Source: a virus (lineage: Duplodnaviria > Heunggongvirae > Uroviricota > Caudoviricetes). From it: a DNA stretch of 64,000 nucleotides. Position 1 is the first letter of the stretch. The number at the start of each line of letters is the position of its first letter. The notes beneath the pieces were generated by a model. That model did no database searches and was not told where the DNA came from. It saw only the letters and a program-made list of their open reading frames with translations. Of the stretch, positions 38,230 through 48,233 are shown one piece after another. Where the stretch lies: positions 30,216-94,215 of IMG/VR virus record IMGVR_UViG_3300007072_000340. The stretch is one strand, 5' to 3'. The translations under genes and the position numbers were made by a program.

Positions 38230-39507
38230 CTAGCTCAAGCGTGACAACTTCAAGGCGTCCGAGTCGCGCAAGAAAGGCTTGAGCAAGCGCCACGCGACAG
38301 AACTCGGCACCATATTGACGATGTGTTCGATGGGCAGTTGCGACCGCTCGTAGCTCGTCTTCACCGCCCCGTAGCCCATTGCGCTGACGGCCAGGTTCTC
38401 CAACTCCAGTTCGGGGTCTTTGCCGTCCAGCAGAGCGTGGGCGATCTCGTACTCGGCGATGCGGATGGCCTCGGGAACCTCCATGTCGGTCCCGCGCGGG
38501 AACTCAAGCGGCTGGCTGGCCTCGGCAGCTCTGATCTGCTCTTGGGTGGCGGATGGGTTCACCTGCAAGAGCGTATGAACGCTGTGCTTGTAGCCCTTGT
38601 AACTCAAGGCGTCGATGATCTGCGTGGCTGCCCAAAGGGCCTTCGGCCGATCGGCCGGATCGGCGTTAGACCAAGCGCTCTCATGGAGGCGTGAGGCGAA
38701 ATAAGAGTCAGCTTGGACCAGCGTGCCGTAGTAGATCATGCCCAGCCCGTAGTAAGGTGCGTCCGCCAGGAGTTCGAGAAGCAGTGTCGTGACTCGAAGC
38801 GCTGGAGGACCGAACTCTCCCAGTACCTCGCCCTGAATCTGCGTGCTTTGGACGCGGTTGGTGTTGCCTCGGCCCAATACCTCCGCGCCCAGGGCCGTAA
38901 CATGGAGCGTAGGGACGAACCGCTCGCCCAGAATCTCGCACTGGACCTGAGTCGCTCGAACGGCAGCAGTCTCAGTGGGACCCAGTATCTCGGCAGCAAC
39001 CGCCGTGACCCGAATCCCTGGAACGCTTTCTTCGCCAAGGACTTCGCACTGGACTTGGGTAACCCGGACACTAGGGGCCTCGGCGGACCCCAACACCTCC
39101 GAGCCTAGCGCGGTGATCCGAAGCGAGGGGACAGTCGGCTCACCGAGGATTTCACACTGGACTTGGGTTGTGCGAAGGCCGTCGTTGTCTCCGTTGCCCA
39201 CCACCTCCGAATCGAGCCGGGTGACCCGAATCGTTGGAACGACCTGTTCGCCGAGGATTTCGCACTGAACCTGGGTCGTCTGGACGCCATCGGTAGTGCC
39301 ATGCCCCAACATTTCGGCACGAAACGTCGTGACTACGCCCGCCGAAAGGACGTACTCACCAAGTACCTCGCATTGGACCCGCGTTACGTGAGTACGATTG
39401 GTTGAACCACGCCCCAACACCTCGGCGGCTACGCGAGTGGCATTCAGCCGGGTCGTAGCGCCACAGCCGAGGACTTCCAGCGCGGCACGAGTGGCGCGAA
39501 GGCTCAT
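38230..39507 (-). CDS. Repeat protein: ~10 tandem VRVTQVQCEVLGE-type repeats fused to a gp6/DnaT_2-like head-tail connector domain
   Basis: N-terminal ~18-aa periodic repeats; C-terminal YYGTLVQADSYFASRLHESAWSNADPADRPKALWAATQIIDALSYKGYK...EFPRG recalled as the gp6-like head-tail adaptor family. Confidence 0.55.
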   Translation of the reverse strand: MSLRATRAALEVLGCGATTRLNATRVAAEVLGRGSTNRTHVTRVQCEVLGEYVLSAGVVTTFRAEMLGHGTTDGVQTTQVQCEILGEQVVPTIRVTRLDSEVVGNGDNDGLRTTQVQCEILGEPTVPSLRITALGSEVLGSAEAPSVRVTQVQCEVLGEESVPGIRVTAVAAEILGPTETAAVRATQVQCEILGERFVPTLHVTALGAEVLGRGNTNRVQSTQIQGEVLGEFGPPALRVTTLLLELLADAPYYGLGMIYYGTLVQADSYFASRLHESAWSNADPADRPKALWAATQIIDALSYKGYKHSVHTLLQVNPSATQEQIRAAEASQPLEFPRGTDMEVPEAIRIAEYEIAHALLDGKDPELELENLAVSAMGYGAVKTSYERSQLPIEHIVNMVPSSVAWRLLKPFLRDSDALKLSRLS

Positions 39508-40556
39508 ACATGCTCAATGCCTATCTGCATGGCCGCAACCTCAGCGGGCGTCCACAGCGCGCCGGTCGCCGGATTGTATTGGGCCACGACCGGGAAGACC
39601 TTGTATCCCGTACTGGTCACCGTATGGCTGCCGCCGGGCGTTTCAAAATCACCTGACTTGGCGAGCGGACGTAGACCCTGCGGCGTCGTGTCGGTCACCC
39701 GGGCATCCGCATTGAGTTGCACGCCCTTGATATTGGCGTTGATGCGCGTGCAACCGGTCACCCCGTACAGGTCCTTGTTTCCCACGGTCGTCGAGTACAC
39801 GTAGTCCGTGTCGTCGTTCGACGGATTCTCGTCCACGCACGCGGCATTGTTGGTTCCGGTGCTCGGCGACCAGTTGCTCTGCGCGTTGGAATTGGGGAAC
39901 ACGGCTTCGACGATCTGGCTGCCGAGGAACGTGTTGTTGTCGGTTCCCGTCGTGTCCAGCACATACACGTCGTCGAAGGTGACGTAGATCGAGGCGGTGC
40001 TGCCGTACCAACCCCGGAACTGCACGCGATCAATCAACCCGCTCCCGCTGTTGCGTGTGTCAATCCCCGACGCCGAGGCGACTGTCGTGCCGTTGACGCG
40101 GACTTCGTAGGCACCGTCCGAGTCGCCGATCGTCACCTTGACCTCGACATAGTACCACTGGCCGGCGGCTATCGTGTTCGGCAGGCTCTCGCCAGGCAGC
40201 GTCGTACCGGCGCGATTCAACCGGATGATCCCCGAACCGACGATCTGGAGTCCGACGTGATACACCGACTCGCCGTCGTAGAACCGCAGGATGTCATACG
40301 GATAGGTGATGTTGTCAACCTTTAGCGCGAAACCCACGATGACCGTTGCGGTCGGCGTGAAGGCCGGAGTCGAGAAGCACAGCACAGGCGATGTCACGCG
40401 AAGGGAACCGGCAGCGCCGAAGAAACGCCCGGCAGCCAGGACGGCACTGCCGGCAGAAAGGTCCAGCGGGGATGCGTACTTCCTCACCAACAGCGCGGTG
40501 ATGTTGGCCCCGACACTGCCCAGCGTTTCAAAACCTTCGATCCAACGTAAAGCCAT
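39504..40556 (-). CDS. Jelly-roll protein, sixth paralogue of the tail fibre family, located in the head module
   Basis: MALRWIEGFETLGSV...WTPAEVAAMQIGIEHV; same N- and C-terminal signatures as the five tail paralogues. Confidence 0.5.
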   Translation of the reverse strand: MALRWIEGFETLGSVGANITALLVRKYASPLDLSAGSAVLAAGRFFGAAGSLRVTSPVLCFSTPAFTPTATVIVGFALKVDNITYPYDILRFYDGESVYHVGLQIVGSGIIRLNRAGTTLPGESLPNTIAAGQWYYVEVKVTIGDSDGAYEVRVNGTTVASASGIDTRNSGSGLIDRVQFRGWYGSTASIYVTFDDVYVLDTTGTDNNTFLGSQIVEAVFPNSNAQSNWSPSTGTNNAACVDENPSNDDTDYVYSTTVGNKDLYGVTGCTRINANIKGVQLNADARVTDTTPQGLRPLAKSGDFETPGGSHTVTSTGYKVFPVVAQYNPATGALWTPAEVAAMQIGIEHV

Positions 40557-40568
40557 AGCTACCGTCCG

Positions 40569-42380
40569 TCAGGTCTGGTTCCCTTTGATTTTGGTGCCCC
40601 GGCCGCGCACGCGCGGGGCCGTCGTGGGCTGCAAGTCCGTATTGCGGCTCACCGCCTTCTCCTCCTCGCCCGCGTTCGGATTCGCCGACAAGTCGGCTAC
40701 ACCGCGAGCCGAAGGGTCGCTCCCGCCTTTGTTTCCGCGCGCCACGCCCTGGGCCTCGGCAATGCGTTTCACACGCTCCAGATGGTCGGCGCGGGCTTGC
40801 AGGTACTCGTCCTCATCGAAGCCCAAGGCCATCGAACCCGTCTTTTCGCCGACCAGTCCGGCTTGCACGGCCTGAATGACCGTCTGCGGGTCGCTGTTGG
40901 TGTAGTGGGCGCTGTCGATCTCCTGGTTGATCGCCTCCAGATCGTCCACGCTGACCTTGCCGCCCAGGAGGGCCTGGACGATCCCCTTCGACAACTCCCG
41001 CTTCACCTTGCGGCCCGGAACGGCTGACATCAGCTTGTTCAAGTCCTGTGCCTCCTTGATCCGGTCGGCGTCGGTCTTGAGCGAGTACCGATCCGGGTAC
41101 TTGATCGTTGCGATCTCGCGCTTGGCCGGCGTCCGCTCTTCGTAGGCGGCCCAGTGCTCGCAAAGCTGCCGCTCAGCGCTTTCCAGCAGAAGGCCGATGT
41201 AGCTCAGGCCCGCTTCGAGGCCCTGGTTGTCCATCGCCTTCGATTCGGCCGAGGCGCGAACGGCCAGACTCGACACGGCAAGATTGACCAGCTCGCGGAT
41301 GTCCCTCTTCAACCGGTCTTGTAGCTCCAAACTCGCCCGCAGCGGCTCGGCCGAGGGATTGATGAAGCCGGGGGGATTCATCCCTTTGTCGTAGGCCCGG
41401 CCGTGGGTCGCGCCGACCTTGATGTCGGTCTCAGCGGCACCTTGGCCGCCCGTGGTCGCCGTACCGTCCGCCGTGGCGGCGTGCTTCAAGTGGGCACCGA
41501 CCGCCCGCAAGTCCTTCTGCTCGATGTAGAAGGGGAAGTTGCTGCGCAGCGCGTAGCTCACGTCGCTTGAGCCGAGGTTCAGCAGTGCGATCTGGTGCTG
41601 GCACACGTCCTTAATCAGGCTGCTGCCGATGTCCAGCATCACGAACGGGATGCGGGTCAGTTCCAACGCGACGGCACCGGCGGGTCCGCCGAACTGATCG
41701 ACCGGCTCGCCCTTCAGGCTGTAGAATTGCAGATTGACTTTGCCCGTCGCCGGGTCGATCCAAAGGTAACGATACCGCTGCACCTCGATGGTCGGCAGGA
41801 AACTGCCCTGGTCGAACTGCATCACCGTGTCCCGCAGCAGAATCGCCTGGAACTCGGACGGGGCTTCCGGCTTCGAGCAGGTCCACGAAAGGATGTCTTC
41901 GATGTCGTACTTGTAGAGGTACGGGGCCACGCCGCCCACGTCCGCCAAGGTCACGCCCGCCGGCACCGGCGGGGCATCCACGAAGATGCCGACCCGGCCC
42001 ATGACCAACAGCTCGGTCAAGACCTTCACGCCGATGAATGCGTTCATGGTCGAGCCGCGCCGATCCACGCCCAGGTTTAGGCCATTGACCGCGTATTGGT
42101 AGGCTTTGCTTCCTCCCTTGCGCGTGATGTCCCGCATCCTTTGATAGATCGCGTTGCGGATGTCGTTGACGGCCGCACCTGCAAACTTCGGGATCGGCGT
42201 CATGGCCTTGCGGGCGTTGAACTCCGTCTGGTCTTCCCGTGCGGAGAACTTCTCCAGGTAGACCTCCCGGAACTCGTCGCCGCCGCCATAGGTCAAACGC
42301 CACTTGCGCCAATCGGTCATCCCACTGAGATAGCCAGGATGGCGGCTGTCAACCAAGCTGATCGTCTGACTCTCAGGCAT
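40569..42380 (-). CDS. Portal protein
   Basis: 603 aa directly downstream of TerL. Confidence 0.65.
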   Translation of the reverse strand: MPESQTISLVDSRHPGYLSGMTDWRKWRLTYGGGDEFREVYLEKFSAREDQTEFNARKAMTPIPKFAGAAVNDIRNAIYQRMRDITRKGGSKAYQYAVNGLNLGVDRRGSTMNAFIGVKVLTELLVMGRVGIFVDAPPVPAGVTLADVGGVAPYLYKYDIEDILSWTCSKPEAPSEFQAILLRDTVMQFDQGSFLPTIEVQRYRYLWIDPATGKVNLQFYSLKGEPVDQFGGPAGAVALELTRIPFVMLDIGSSLIKDVCQHQIALLNLGSSDVSYALRSNFPFYIEQKDLRAVGAHLKHAATADGTATTGGQGAAETDIKVGATHGRAYDKGMNPPGFINPSAEPLRASLELQDRLKRDIRELVNLAVSSLAVRASAESKAMDNQGLEAGLSYIGLLLESAERQLCEHWAAYEERTPAKREIATIKYPDRYSLKTDADRIKEAQDLNKLMSAVPGRKVKRELSKGIVQALLGGKVSVDDLEAINQEIDSAHYTNSDPQTVIQAVQAGLVGEKTGSMALGFDEDEYLQARADHLERVKRIAEAQGVARGNKGGSDPSARGVADLSANPNAGEEEKAVSRNTDLQPTTAPRVRGRGTKIKGNQT

Positions 42381-42389
42381 GGCCTAACC

Positions 42390-44063
42390 TCACGTCACTT
42401 TCCCGATGTCTTCCCCGCCCGTCGTAATTGGAGCCAGCGTCAGGCCGATGTCTGCGTAGCACAATGAATGCGCGTAATGATCGGGACCTGTATTGACGAA
42501 ACATGCCACCATGTTGCCGGTGTCGTCCTTCACGTAGGTCCGCACCAGGTTCTTGACGTGCTCGCGGTACTCCAGGCTGATGTCGCGCGGCAGCAGGATG
42601 CGGGGCGGATTCGTCTTGAAGCGGCCAAGCGTGCAACTCAACCAGCTTGTGCGGTCCACCGTGGCGAATGGCGCGCCCGTCTCTTCCTCGCTGATCGAAA
42701 CCTCTTTCGCCGTCTGCCCGCGCCGGTAACGGGTCAGCCAGACGTAGCCGTGGAACTTCTTGGCAAACCGCCGGGCGTCGTTGACGTTCGGGTCGGCGTC
42801 CACGACGCACGCCAACACCTGCCACTCCCGCATTAGCTCGCCCAGGTAGTTCCAATCGTCCTCCGCGAACTTGCCGAACCAGAGCAGCTTGCCGATCGCC
42901 GCCGCGCTCACGTCGCTGCCGGGGTGCCGGTCAAACAGCCAATCGACGACCGAGATGTAACCTGTCTTCCCCTGATCCACGCCCATCGTTATCAGACGGT
43001 CGCCGCCGATCTGCGGCCGGGCGTCGTTGATCGTGTGCCCCTTCAGGCACGCCTCGATCATCTCGTCCGTCACCTGGGCACCCACACCGATGAACGGCAC
43101 GCCCAGCTTGCTGCAATGAAACTCCGTCGCCGCCGCTTCGTCACCCAGGCCGCGGTGGTAGGCGATCACCAATTCGCCCGGCGTCACCGTGGAGGAGTAC
43201 AGTTGGTTGATGTAAAAGCCCCGCGACTCCTCCGCCGCGACGTTCGTTTCCGTCGCCTTCCATTGCCCGCCGGCCAGGAAGAGCGGCTTGTCCGCGTGTT
43301 CCAGCTTGTGCTTGCACTCCTTACACTTCAGGAACGATTCCTTGCAGCGCGGGTCGTTGACCGATTCGCCAATGATCTCCGCGCAATCCGGCCAGAGCAA
43401 TTCCGTCCATCGGCCGCAGTGGGGGCATTGGAAGTGAAAATGCTCTTGCGTGCTGGTCAGGTACAGCTTGTGGATGCCGTACTTGGGCACGGTTGGCGTG
43501 GAGACCGCCAGGATGTGCTTCTCCACCTGGCCCGACAGCCGCTCCAGCGCGAGCCACACCGCATGGGTGTCCATCTCATCCAGCTCGTCCAAGACCAACT
43601 CGGACACCGGGATGGACTTCAAGTTGCTGTCGCCACGGCTCCCACGAATGTACAGGACGTTCGTGCCGGTCGATTTCAGCCCCACGGTGTTCGTATCGAC
43701 GAACAGGTCCTTGAGGTACGGGCTGAGCTTCAGGGCGGTCGCAAACCGGGCCTTGGAAAAGTCGCTCGCGTTCAGCGTGGTCGGCAGGACATACAGCACG
43801 TCCCGCTTCAACTGATCGAGCGTGTAGAAGGCCCGATTGATTCCCGTCTCCGTTACGCCCAACTGGGCGGCCTTCATCGCAATCGTCCAGGCCGCCTTGC
43901 TGTCGTGTATCTCACGGCACCACGGGTGACGCCGGAAACCATAAGCTCCGTTGAAGGGTGCTCCCATGACCCGACGATTCTCGGCCCATCGGCTGCAAGA
44001 CGTGAGGGTCTTGCTTTTCAATCCCTCCGTAATGGTCTGCTTCAGAACGTCTACAAGACTCAT
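42390..44063 (-). CDS. Terminase large subunit (GpA-like)
   Basis: Walker A-like AMKAAQLGVTETG, Walker B VLDELDEMD, C-terminal nuclease region GVDQGKTGYISVVDW; Zn-binding CPHCGRW. Confidence 0.8.
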   Translation of the reverse strand: MSLVDVLKQTITEGLKSKTLTSCSRWAENRRVMGAPFNGAYGFRRHPWCREIHDSKAAWTIAMKAAQLGVTETGINRAFYTLDQLKRDVLYVLPTTLNASDFSKARFATALKLSPYLKDLFVDTNTVGLKSTGTNVLYIRGSRGDSNLKSIPVSELVLDELDEMDTHAVWLALERLSGQVEKHILAVSTPTVPKYGIHKLYLTSTQEHFHFQCPHCGRWTELLWPDCAEIIGESVNDPRCKESFLKCKECKHKLEHADKPLFLAGGQWKATETNVAAEESRGFYINQLYSSTVTPGELVIAYHRGLGDEAAATEFHCSKLGVPFIGVGAQVTDEMIEACLKGHTINDARPQIGGDRLITMGVDQGKTGYISVVDWLFDRHPGSDVSAAAIGKLLWFGKFAEDDWNYLGELMREWQVLACVVDADPNVNDARRFAKKFHGYVWLTRYRRGQTAKEVSISEEETGAPFATVDRTSWLSCTLGRFKTNPPRILLPRDISLEYREHVKNLVRTYVKDDTGNMVACFVNTGPDHYAHSLCYADIGLTLAPITTGGEDIGKVT

Positions 44064-44164
44064 GGAAAGGCGTCATGTGATTCAATGAGGTTGCAGGTCG
44101 GGTTCGCGTGGGTCAGCGGCAAGTGCGGCGCGCTGGTTGCTTCGGCGTTCGGCCCGGCGCAACC

Positions 44165-44470
44165 TCATGGTTCGCTTGCGGCCTCGGCGACGGTCTCAGC
44201 CGGCTTGACAGCCGGTTCGGGTTCTGGTGCCGGAGCAGTACGCTCGACGGCCGCCTTGATTAGCACGGGACCGGAGCCGCCCAACGGCTGGCCGTCACGC
44301 CCCAAGCCGAGCCCGACGATTTCGACCTCATCCTCGCTCACGCTGGGCGGGATCGGGATGTCCACCTCGCGATGCGTGTCGTCGATCGTCAGCGTGCGCC
44401 CGCAAGCCGGTGTGCGGACAATGACTTGAAACTGCGAAAAGGCGTCATTCCACGGAATCAGCAGCCGCAT
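44165..44470 (-). CDS. Small hypothetical protein (TerS position)
   Basis: Start at MRLLIPWND; P/A/E-rich acidic tail. Confidence 0.35.
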   Translation of the reverse strand: MRLLIPWNDAFSQFQVIVRTPACGRTLTIDDTHREVDIPIPPSVSEDEVEIVGLGLGRDGQPLGGSGPVLIKAAVERTAPAPEPEPAVKPAETVAEAASEP

Positions 44471-44673
44471 GTCGGTTCTCACACGTGTGGATGATCTCGT
44501 CCAGTCGCGCCGCCAGCTTCCGCATCTGAGGCAACGGATTGCCGGGCACGCCAGTCGCCGCACAGCGGGCCATCGCCTCCAACGCATCGCTGCATCGTAT
44601 CAGCGTCTTCTGCCACAGCGTCTCGGCTTCAGTCGGCTTGTCGGGGCAGTTGCGGCAGCGGCGACGCGCCATA

Positions 44674-45042
44674 TTAGTGTCCGAAGTGTGTCAACGAAAC
44701 GACTACGAACACGTCGTCAGTCCGCACAGGCTTCTTGCCGCAGACATAGACGATGAAAGTCGGCACGCTGGTGACGTTGTACTGCCGAGCCAGGTCCGGC
44801 CGCTCGTCGATGTCGATGATCTGCACGTCCACCCCTCGGGTCTGGACTTGGACCAGCACCGGTTTGGCTTGCAGGCACGGGCCGCACCACGAGGCGGTGA
44901 ACGCCAGCACCTTGGGGCGCTCGCAAGGGCCGTTGGGCAAGCCCGGTTGGTCCGGCATGTCGCAACCAGCCAGCAGCACCAGCAGTCCAATCAAGACGGA
45001 CAGCGGCAGCAAAACGCACGGCACGAAGGTCTTGACTTTCAT
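44674..45042 (-). CDS. Thioredoxin-like lipoprotein
   Basis: Lipoprotein signal MKVKTFVPCVLLPLSVLIGLLVLLAGC; WCGPC active site (LAFTASWCGPCLQAKPVL). Confidence 0.75.
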   Translation of the reverse strand: MKVKTFVPCVLLPLSVLIGLLVLLAGCDMPDQPGLPNGPCERPKVLAFTASWCGPCLQAKPVLVQVQTRGVDVQIIDIDERPDLARQYNVTSVPTFIVYVCGKKPVRTDDVFVVVSLTHFGH

Positions 45043-45211
45043 CGCGGGTCTCCGGTTTTCGGGTGGCTCGCGGAGGGTCCGGGAGCCATCGGAGAACCGG
45101 CCCGGTCGCGTATGACCGCAACCGGGCGCGGAAGTCAGGTCTGCCTGCCCTTGATGCACGTCACCCGAAGGGAGCGGTGCGGCAGGTGTGTTTCGAGGCG
45201 TTGGCCGATGC

Positions 45212-45619
45212 CTACACCTTGGCCGAGGCCGGTTGCTCGGCCGCAGCCGGCGGGGCTTCGAGCGCGGCGATCTTCGCCTTGATAAAGGCCAGACCCTCGG
45301 GGGTCGCCAGTTTCGCGTTCAGCACGTTCTCGTAGGTGGCCTCCAGTTCCTTCTTGATGGCATCACTGCCGGACTCGACCAGCTTGGCGACATCGTGAAT
45401 CTTCTCCACCATGTCCTGGATGTCGCCCACGGCGAAGTCTTCGAGCAGGGCCGGAAGCAGCTTCAGGCCGGCGGCCCGCAGTTCGCCCGCGAGCACCTGG
45501 GCGGCCCGCTTCTTCTGCATCAGCTTGGCGTTCTTGCCGAAGAGCCACTTGCCGACTTCACGGCCCACGAGGATGGCGCACGCGACGGCGAGAATCCAGA
45601 TCACGACGATGGGGTTCAT
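45212..45619 (-). CDS. Membrane-anchored hypothetical protein
   Basis: N-terminal TM helix MNPIVVIWILAVACAILVG; helical C-terminus. Confidence 0.5.
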   Translation of the reverse strand: MNPIVVIWILAVACAILVGREVGKWLFGKNAKLMQKKRAAQVLAGELRAAGLKLLPALLEDFAVGDIQDMVEKIHDVAKLVESGSDAIKKELEATYENVLNAKLATPEGLAFIKAKIAALEAPPAAAEQPASAKV

Positions 45620-45701
45620 GTTCTTCTCCGTTGTTTCGAGGATGGCTGTCTTTCAGCCGAAAGGTCAAAGACGCAGGACACACGCACGCAAACGAGACGA
45701 C

Positions 45702-46400
45702 TTACTTCACCGGCGGATGCAGCTTGTCGTAAAGCTGCCGGCCGTAGGCCCCCGCAAGGCCGCCGACAAAACCCAGCACGCATAGCACCGGGAGCCAGAC
45801 CCACTGCACCGCACTTTCCACCGCCGGCTCGTCAACATTAGGCGCACCGCCGTCATCAATCGGCTGTGGTTCGGGATCGGGCTGCGGCTGCGGTTGCGGG
45901 TTCGGCTGCGGGCTCGGACAGGGACCGGGGCACCGGCGCTCCATTTCCCGCCGCCACGGCAGAACAGGGCGAAGTCCCGAGGCCGTGTTCACTGCACCGG
46001 CCAGGGCACCATTCAGTCCGCCCGCCGTCAACGGAATGTTCTTCCCGGCAGCCTCGTAGATCACGGTGCCGTCCGGCTTCTGCATCCGCACGGTCGGCAG
46101 GGCCTTCACGTTACCGGCATAGCGGGCTTTGTAGATCGCCGTGTCGTTTGTGACGGGGCAGAAATGGACCTGGTTCTTAAGCTTCCTCAGACTGGCGTAG
46201 GTGTCGAACCAACCGACAATCTTGCGGTAGCGAGCGTCCGTCGCGTTGCCGACCACGCTGACGTACCACTTGCCCTGGTCTTGCGGAAGGTTGACGATCC
46301 GCTCTTCGGCCAGGACACCGTTGACGGTATCCGCCACGCACGGCACGACCGCCGCAAATACTGCGAGCAAGCACAGCACACACAGCAGCAGCTTGTTCAT
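45702..46400 (-). CDS. Secreted protein with C-terminal TM helix (unimolecular spanin candidate)
   Basis: Signal peptide MNKLLLCVLCLLAVFAAVVPC, proline-rich linker PQPNPQPQPQPDPEPQP, C-terminal TM VQWVWLPVLCVLGFVGGLAGAY. Confidence 0.45.
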   Translation of the reverse strand: MNKLLLCVLCLLAVFAAVVPCVADTVNGVLAEERIVNLPQDQGKWYVSVVGNATDARYRKIVGWFDTYASLRKLKNQVHFCPVTNDTAIYKARYAGNVKALPTVRMQKPDGTVIYEAAGKNIPLTAGGLNGALAGAVNTASGLRPVLPWRREMERRCPGPCPSPQPNPQPQPQPDPEPQPIDDGGAPNVDEPAVESAVQWVWLPVLCVLGFVGGLAGAYGRQLYDKLHPPVK

Positions 46401-46432
46401 GGTTTCCTCTCTTGTTGGAACGTGTTTCGGGA

Positions 46433-47005
46433 CTATAGTGGAAGCGGAGCCGCCGGAGTGTATAGCGGCGTCACCGCCCATCCGTAGCTCGCCTTCCACT
46501 CAGCGATCAGCGTCTCTCGCGGGACCCAGATAAACTTCTCGACGTTGTTGTTGTCGAGGAGGGCAGCCCACCTGTCGTCGAGATGCACAAGTGCGACCAT
46601 GTGCGCCCCACCCATGACCGTGATACCGCAGCCGCGCCGCGTGCGACAACTCCACTCAAGGAAGCGAACGTCCCCGTTGGTCACGTAGGCGTAACGGATG
46701 CCCTCTTTGTCGAACTTCGCGGCCAAGTCGTCCGGCCACTCTCCATTGGCGTACCTCCAACGCCAGTAGTTGGCTGTCGCCAGGCGGCCTTGCCAGCGGA
46801 GCAGGCTAATCATCGTGGCGTGGACGCACGACCCCTCACGGCGGTTGCCTAGCCAGTTGCTCTGCCGCAACGCCAGCGGGATATTGACCACCGGACGCTC
46901 CTTCTTGACCACGCGGCTTCTGGTGTTCTCGGTGGCTTCGCAGCCCACGACCACGACCAGCAAGACCAGCGCAAAGAAGACTCGTGTCAGACGGGGTTGA
47001 GACAT
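46433..47005 (-). CDS. Lipoprotein, possible C39-like papain-fold peptidase
   Basis: Lipobox LLVVVVGC; Cys...His arrangement GSCVHATMISLL...GGAHMVALVHL. Confidence 0.4.
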   Translation of the reverse strand: MSQPRLTRVFFALVLLVVVVGCEATENTRSRVVKKERPVVNIPLALRQSNWLGNRREGSCVHATMISLLRWQGRLATANYWRWRYANGEWPDDLAAKFDKEGIRYAYVTNGDVRFLEWSCRTRRGCGITVMGGAHMVALVHLDDRWAALLDNNNVEKFIWVPRETLIAEWKASYGWAVTPLYTPAAPLPL

Positions 47006-47475
47006 GCGAACTCTCCGAAGTGTTTGAGCACGGCCTCGTTATAGGCCCGTGCGGCATCCCGCGGATCATCGAAAGTGCCGAGATATACACGGCGGCCGTC
47101 CACACCGATTTGGGCGACTGGCTTTCCGTCCCAGGATCGCGGGTAAACGCCTTTGAAGCCGGAGGTATTGTTCTTCGGACGCTTCGAGTTCACGTTATTC
47201 TGGGACCGCGATGCTATCCGCAGATTGCCACGCTGATTGTTCAAGCCGTTGCCGTCAACGTGGTCAACATCGCCCGCTTCGATGTCCAATCCGCATCTGT
47301 CCGCGATAAGGCGGTGCATGAAGACGTATTGGCGGCCGTTCTCGGTGTAGTTGATGCGTTTCGCATAACCCGTTTGGCCGCGACGGTGAAACTGCCACTT
47401 CCACCGCATCAGGTCCTCGTAATCGCAATCGTCTACCAACACCTCCTTGCCCCCAGCCAACGGAATCGTCCTCAC
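46987..47475 (-). CDS. HNH homing endonuclease with AP2 DNA-binding domain
   Basis: HNH_3 core MHRLIADRCGLDIEAGDVDHVDGNGLNNQRGNLRIASRSQN; AP2 domain SGFKGVYPRSWDGKPVAQIGVDGRRVYLGTFDDPRDAARAYNEAVLKHFGEFA. Confidence 0.75.
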   Translation of the reverse strand: MRTIPLAGGKEVLVDDCDYEDLMRWKWQFHRRGQTGYAKRINYTENGRQYVFMHRLIADRCGLDIEAGDVDHVDGNGLNNQRGNLRIASRSQNNVNSKRPKNNTSGFKGVYPRSWDGKPVAQIGVDGRRVYLGTFDDPRDAARAYNEAVLKHFGEFACLNPV

Positions 47476-48086
47476 TACTTCAGTCTCCGAGGTTTCAGCA
47501 GAATCTCAGCCCGACGAAGACGACGTACAAGCATATTGGGCGACCAGCGACTCACGTTATCCGTCGCAAGCAATCCCACCGTCGCATACGCGGCTGCCAC
47601 CATTTCCGAGCAGAAGATCGAGGTTAGGTCCTGCTCACGAAACAGGGATTCGACCCACGACAGCCCCACGCCGGCCGACCGGAACGCCCCCATTGCGTCG
47701 TAGGGCGTCCCAATGGTTTCCATCAGAAACTCGGTCAACCGCTCGTCCTCCTGTGGATACAGCGGCCGATATAGTGGGTAGTGGTACGCCTTGCCCGAAT
47801 AGTGTCGCAGGATGAAGTCGAGTCCGTGGGCCTGCGTGCCGCAGATCGCCTTGCCCGTGATTTCGCACGGGATGTCGCCGTCCAGGGACGTGCTCTCGAA
47901 GATCAGCAGGCGGCCGTCCGGGGCGTTCCCCATGATCCCCACATGACTGATTCCCCATAGCGGAATCCCGTAGGTGGCGATGTTGACGGCCGCGCTGATC
48001 CAACTCCGCCCGCTGAAGCCGATGATGTCACCGGGCTTGATTCCGGCCTCGCCGGGCAGTACGAGTCTCCGCGTGAATGGGAACAT
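47475..48086 (-). CDS. Permuted papain-fold (YiiX/NlpC-P60-like) cysteine peptidase; endolysin candidate
   Basis: GIKPGDIIGFSGRSWISAAVNIATYG...SHVGIM (His) precedes FCSEMVAAAYA (Cys): permuted order. Confidence 0.45.
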   Translation of the reverse strand: MFPFTRRLVLPGEAGIKPGDIIGFSGRSWISAAVNIATYGIPLWGISHVGIMGNAPDGRLLIFESTSLDGDIPCEITGKAICGTQAHGLDFILRHYSGKAYHYPLYRPLYPQEDERLTEFLMETIGTPYDAMGAFRSAGVGLSWVESLFREQDLTSIFCSEMVAAAYATVGLLATDNVSRWSPNMLVRRLRRAEILLKPRRLK

Positions 48087-48233
48087 CGCAACCCTCCCGG
48101 CTCGACTGCGCCATTGTGTTGATGTTGCCGACCTTCCGCCGGTGATAGCGGGCCTGATCGTCGGCCCAGCAGTCTTCGCAGCGGAACTCGCCGGGATAGG
48201 TCACGAGTCTGCCGCAAGCACACCAGACGAGGT

